The notes beneath the pieces were generated by a model that had not been told where the DNA came from, searched no databases, and was given only the letters and a program-made list of their open reading frames with translations. A DNA stretch of 64,000 nucleotides from Neophaeotheca triangularis (taxonomy: Eukaryota), in contig BAAIJX010000019.1 in assembly GCA_054600435.1 (NCBI GenBank), positions 186,001-250,000 of the forward strand. The letters are read 5' to 3'. Numbering within the stretch: the stretch's first letter is position 1; each line of letters opens with the position of its first letter. Position numbers and translations under genes: made by a program. This document shows, in pieces, positions 61,789 through 64,000 of this stretch.

Positions 61789-63816
61789 CTAATCGTCCAA
61801 CAAAATCGCCCCATCGTCCTCAACCACAAAAACCTCCTCAGCCTTCTCGCCGCCCGTCTTGAGGTTACCTTCTTTTGCGCGTTTCGCGCCCTCAAGCTCA
61901 TCAGGCGAGTGGGAGCGTTTGCGCTTCTGCGTAGTCGCCGGCTGCACGTCTCCGTTGTCACCGTTGGCAGGAAGGGCACGGGGTTCGGGGGCAGCGGGTT
62001 TGGCTGGTTTGAGGGGGAGGGAGAGGGCGGAGGGAATGAGGGTGAGAGTGTCTGAAGCGGTGGTGGAGTAGCTGAGCACAAGGTCGACTTTTGGCTCATC
62101 AGCGTCGTCGGTGACGGTTATGAAACCTGGAGTTTGCGGGTCGATGCCTAAAGACGACAAGGTTTGGGGCAGGTTGTCTTCGAGATCGGGGTCGTAGATG
62201 AGACCGGCCGAAGTGGTGATGGAGAAGTCTTCGTAGTTAAGATGGTCGCGGAGGAGGGTTACGAGGGCTTGGAGGGTTGGCGGGGTGGCGGGGGAGGGGA
62301 GCTGAAGTTTGGCGTACACTGGGGAGCAAACAGGGCAGTGCGGGTTGGGGGGCGAGAGGTTTTCGGTGGCGATCATGCGCTCCGTGTGTTTGGAGGTTAA
62401 GAAGACCATCTTGGAGCCGCCTAACAGGGCGCCGCCGAGTTTGTTAGTGCTGAGTTGGGCGGAGGCGTTCGGGAGGTGGTTGTTTGCGGTGGCTTTGGCC
62501 ATTGCGCCGTTGGCAATGGCGGTCTGGGAGCGCAGGATTTTGAAGGACTGTAAGACGCAGAGGCTGGCTGTGAGGGCGTTGGAGGTGGCTATGGCAGGGA
62601 TGATGTTGCCAGCCATTTGCTTGATGCTCCATTCGCTGTGGAGAGGGATGCTGAAGATGAGGGAGCGCAGGTTGGCGGCGGAGGCTACAAAGTCGAGAGT
62701 GCCCTTGTCGTCCTTGTCGAATTCGATAACGCTCTCACCAGCTTGCATGCGGCTGCTGAGGATGTCGAGGCTGTAGCAGAAGACTGCTAGGTTCTCCTGT
62801 GGTGTCCACGTGCTCTGATCTTGCGAGGAGAGAGCTTGGCCCGCCCTGACGAGATCACTACCCGCACCCAGCTCCATGAAGCGCAACGAGTTCGGTGGTG
62901 TTCTACTCTGCCACATCTCCTCCATAGACCGCAGACGCTCGATGTCGTCGTAGAAGACCTTGTCAAACACCGCCTCCGCGAACCCTTCTGTACCCATCAT
63001 GCTCCGTATCTTCTTCAAAGCCTGCGACTCTTCCTTCAACTTGGCCACCTCTTCGGCATTATCGCCCTCCGTCACACTCATGTCCGCAGAATCCTCCTCG
63101 CTAGTCCCAAATAGCTCCGGGAAGAGATATGATTTGGCCCAAACTATGCAGTGAATCGGCTGGCTTGGGGTGGAACGGATAGTGCAGATTGGAAAAGACT
63201 TCTGCACTGGTTTCGGGTTGCAATCATAGCACTCTGTCACTCCCTTCTGAATTGCCTGAACCTGCCCGTTGAAGCCTGTAGTCCCGCTTTCGATCAACGG
63301 CACGTTCGCAGCAAGACACATCTTGTTGACGTGACGCCTGGCCGCGAGATTGTCCAGCGCGTTGAAAACGACATCAAACCCCTCGAAGAACTCCACGTCG
63401 TATTCGTTATCGAAAATAGAGCCATGGCGCGCATCGATAGTGACGCTTGGGTTGAAGCGCGACGCAGTCTCCTTTGCGACTGTAGCCTTGGGCTGCTTGA
63501 TGTGCTGTTTGCGGAAGAGGAACTGACGGTTGAGGTTGCTGAGATCGATGGTATCAAGATCGACGACTACAATTTCCGGTTTGCGCGCGGGAGGCGAGGC
63601 TGCGAAGCCATTCTGAGGAAGAGGCCCATTGTAGGGGCTACCGAAACCGCAGCAGACAAGGTTCTTGAGTACTTCACAGCCAATCCCACCAGCACCAACG
63701 AGCAGAACCCGACTTCCGTGAACTTGCTGCGTCAAACCGGCACCGAGTGTCCTGTTCAGTCCTTTGGTACGGTTTGATATCGGTTTCGGCTGAGGGGGAG
63801 CGGAGTGGGCGTCCAT
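61789..63816 (-). CDS. UBA2: SUMO-activating enzyme E1 subunit 2
   Basis: VLLVGAGGIGCE, DLDTIDLSNLNRQFLF, catalytic FPICTIRSTPSQPIHCIVWAK, MAGNIIPAIAT, CPVC. Confidence 0.95.
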   Translation of the reverse strand: MDAHSAPPQPKPISNRTKGLNRTLGAGLTQQVHGSRVLLVGAGGIGCEVLKNLVCCGFGSPYNGPLPQNGFAASPPARKPEIVVVDLDTIDLSNLNRQFLFRKQHIKQPKATVAKETASRFNPSVTIDARHGSIFDNEYDVEFFEGFDVVFNALDNLAARRHVNKMCLAANVPLIESGTTGFNGQVQAIQKGVTECYDCNPKPVQKSFPICTIRSTPSQPIHCIVWAKSYLFPELFGTSEEDSADMSVTEGDNAEEVAKLKEESQALKKIRSMMGTEGFAEAVFDKVFYDDIERLRSMEEMWQSRTPPNSLRFMELGAGSDLVRAGQALSSQDQSTWTPQENLAVFCYSLDILSSRMQAGESVIEFDKDDKGTLDFVASAANLRSLIFSIPLHSEWSIKQMAGNIIPAIATSNALTASLCVLQSFKILRSQTAIANGAMAKATANNHLPNASAQLSTNKLGGALLGGSKMVFLTSKHTERMIATENLSPPNPHCPVCSPVYAKLQLPSPATPPTLQALVTLLRDHLNYEDFSITTSAGLIYDPDLEDNLPQTLSSLGIDPQTPGFITVTDDADEPKVDLVLSYSTTASDTLTLIPSALSLPLKPAKPAAPEPRALPANGDNGDVQPATTQKRKRSHSPDELEGAKRAKEGNLKTGGEKAEEVFVVEDDGAILLDD

Positions 63817-64000
63817 TGTCGCGGTTGTCGCGTGAGGTGGATAGGTAGGAGGCGAACTCGGAGGAATGGAAGTTGGTGGGTTGGGTGATGTTCGAGGGTG
63901 TTAGGAAGAAGGCACAGGCGCCGAGTGAAGACCTGGTCCAGGCAGCTACATGTCAGCATTGTGAGCGTGTCGCATGTGAAGGTGATGGGTGGGTGGGTGG

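Overview
Filamentous ascomycete DNA, probably a Dothideomycete (inferred from intron signals and RIP pattern). Positions 1-17296 are GC-balanced and hold a same-strand array of paralogous hypothetical genes. Positions 17297-54165 are a 36.9-kb, heavily RIP-mutated nest of five LTR insertions. All five resolve to exact ends and target-site duplications (TSDs): a 5.1-kb Copia contains a 12.2-kb Gypsy (copy B); copy B contains an inverted solo LTR and a second copy of the same family (copy A); copy A contains an inverted 7.1-kb chromovirus. The nest sits inside the coding sequence of one paralog, whose last 102 codons are still open on the far side. Positions 56881-63816 hold SYF1, VMA8 and UBA2. 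The main candidate for a new system is the 12-kb Gypsy family. Between integrase and the 3' LTR it carries a >1000-codon third ORF ending in a probable 2OG-Fe(II) dioxygenase domain (HxD...H...R), with its own TATA box and probable introns. It also carries 13-14 copies per element of a 27-bp palindrome. This resembles a self-targeting anti-silencing module, but that function is only a hypothesis. The chromovirus separately carries an antisense 199-aa Zn-cluster-like ORF. All TE protein sequences were read by hand with RIP stops reverted; no database searches were run.
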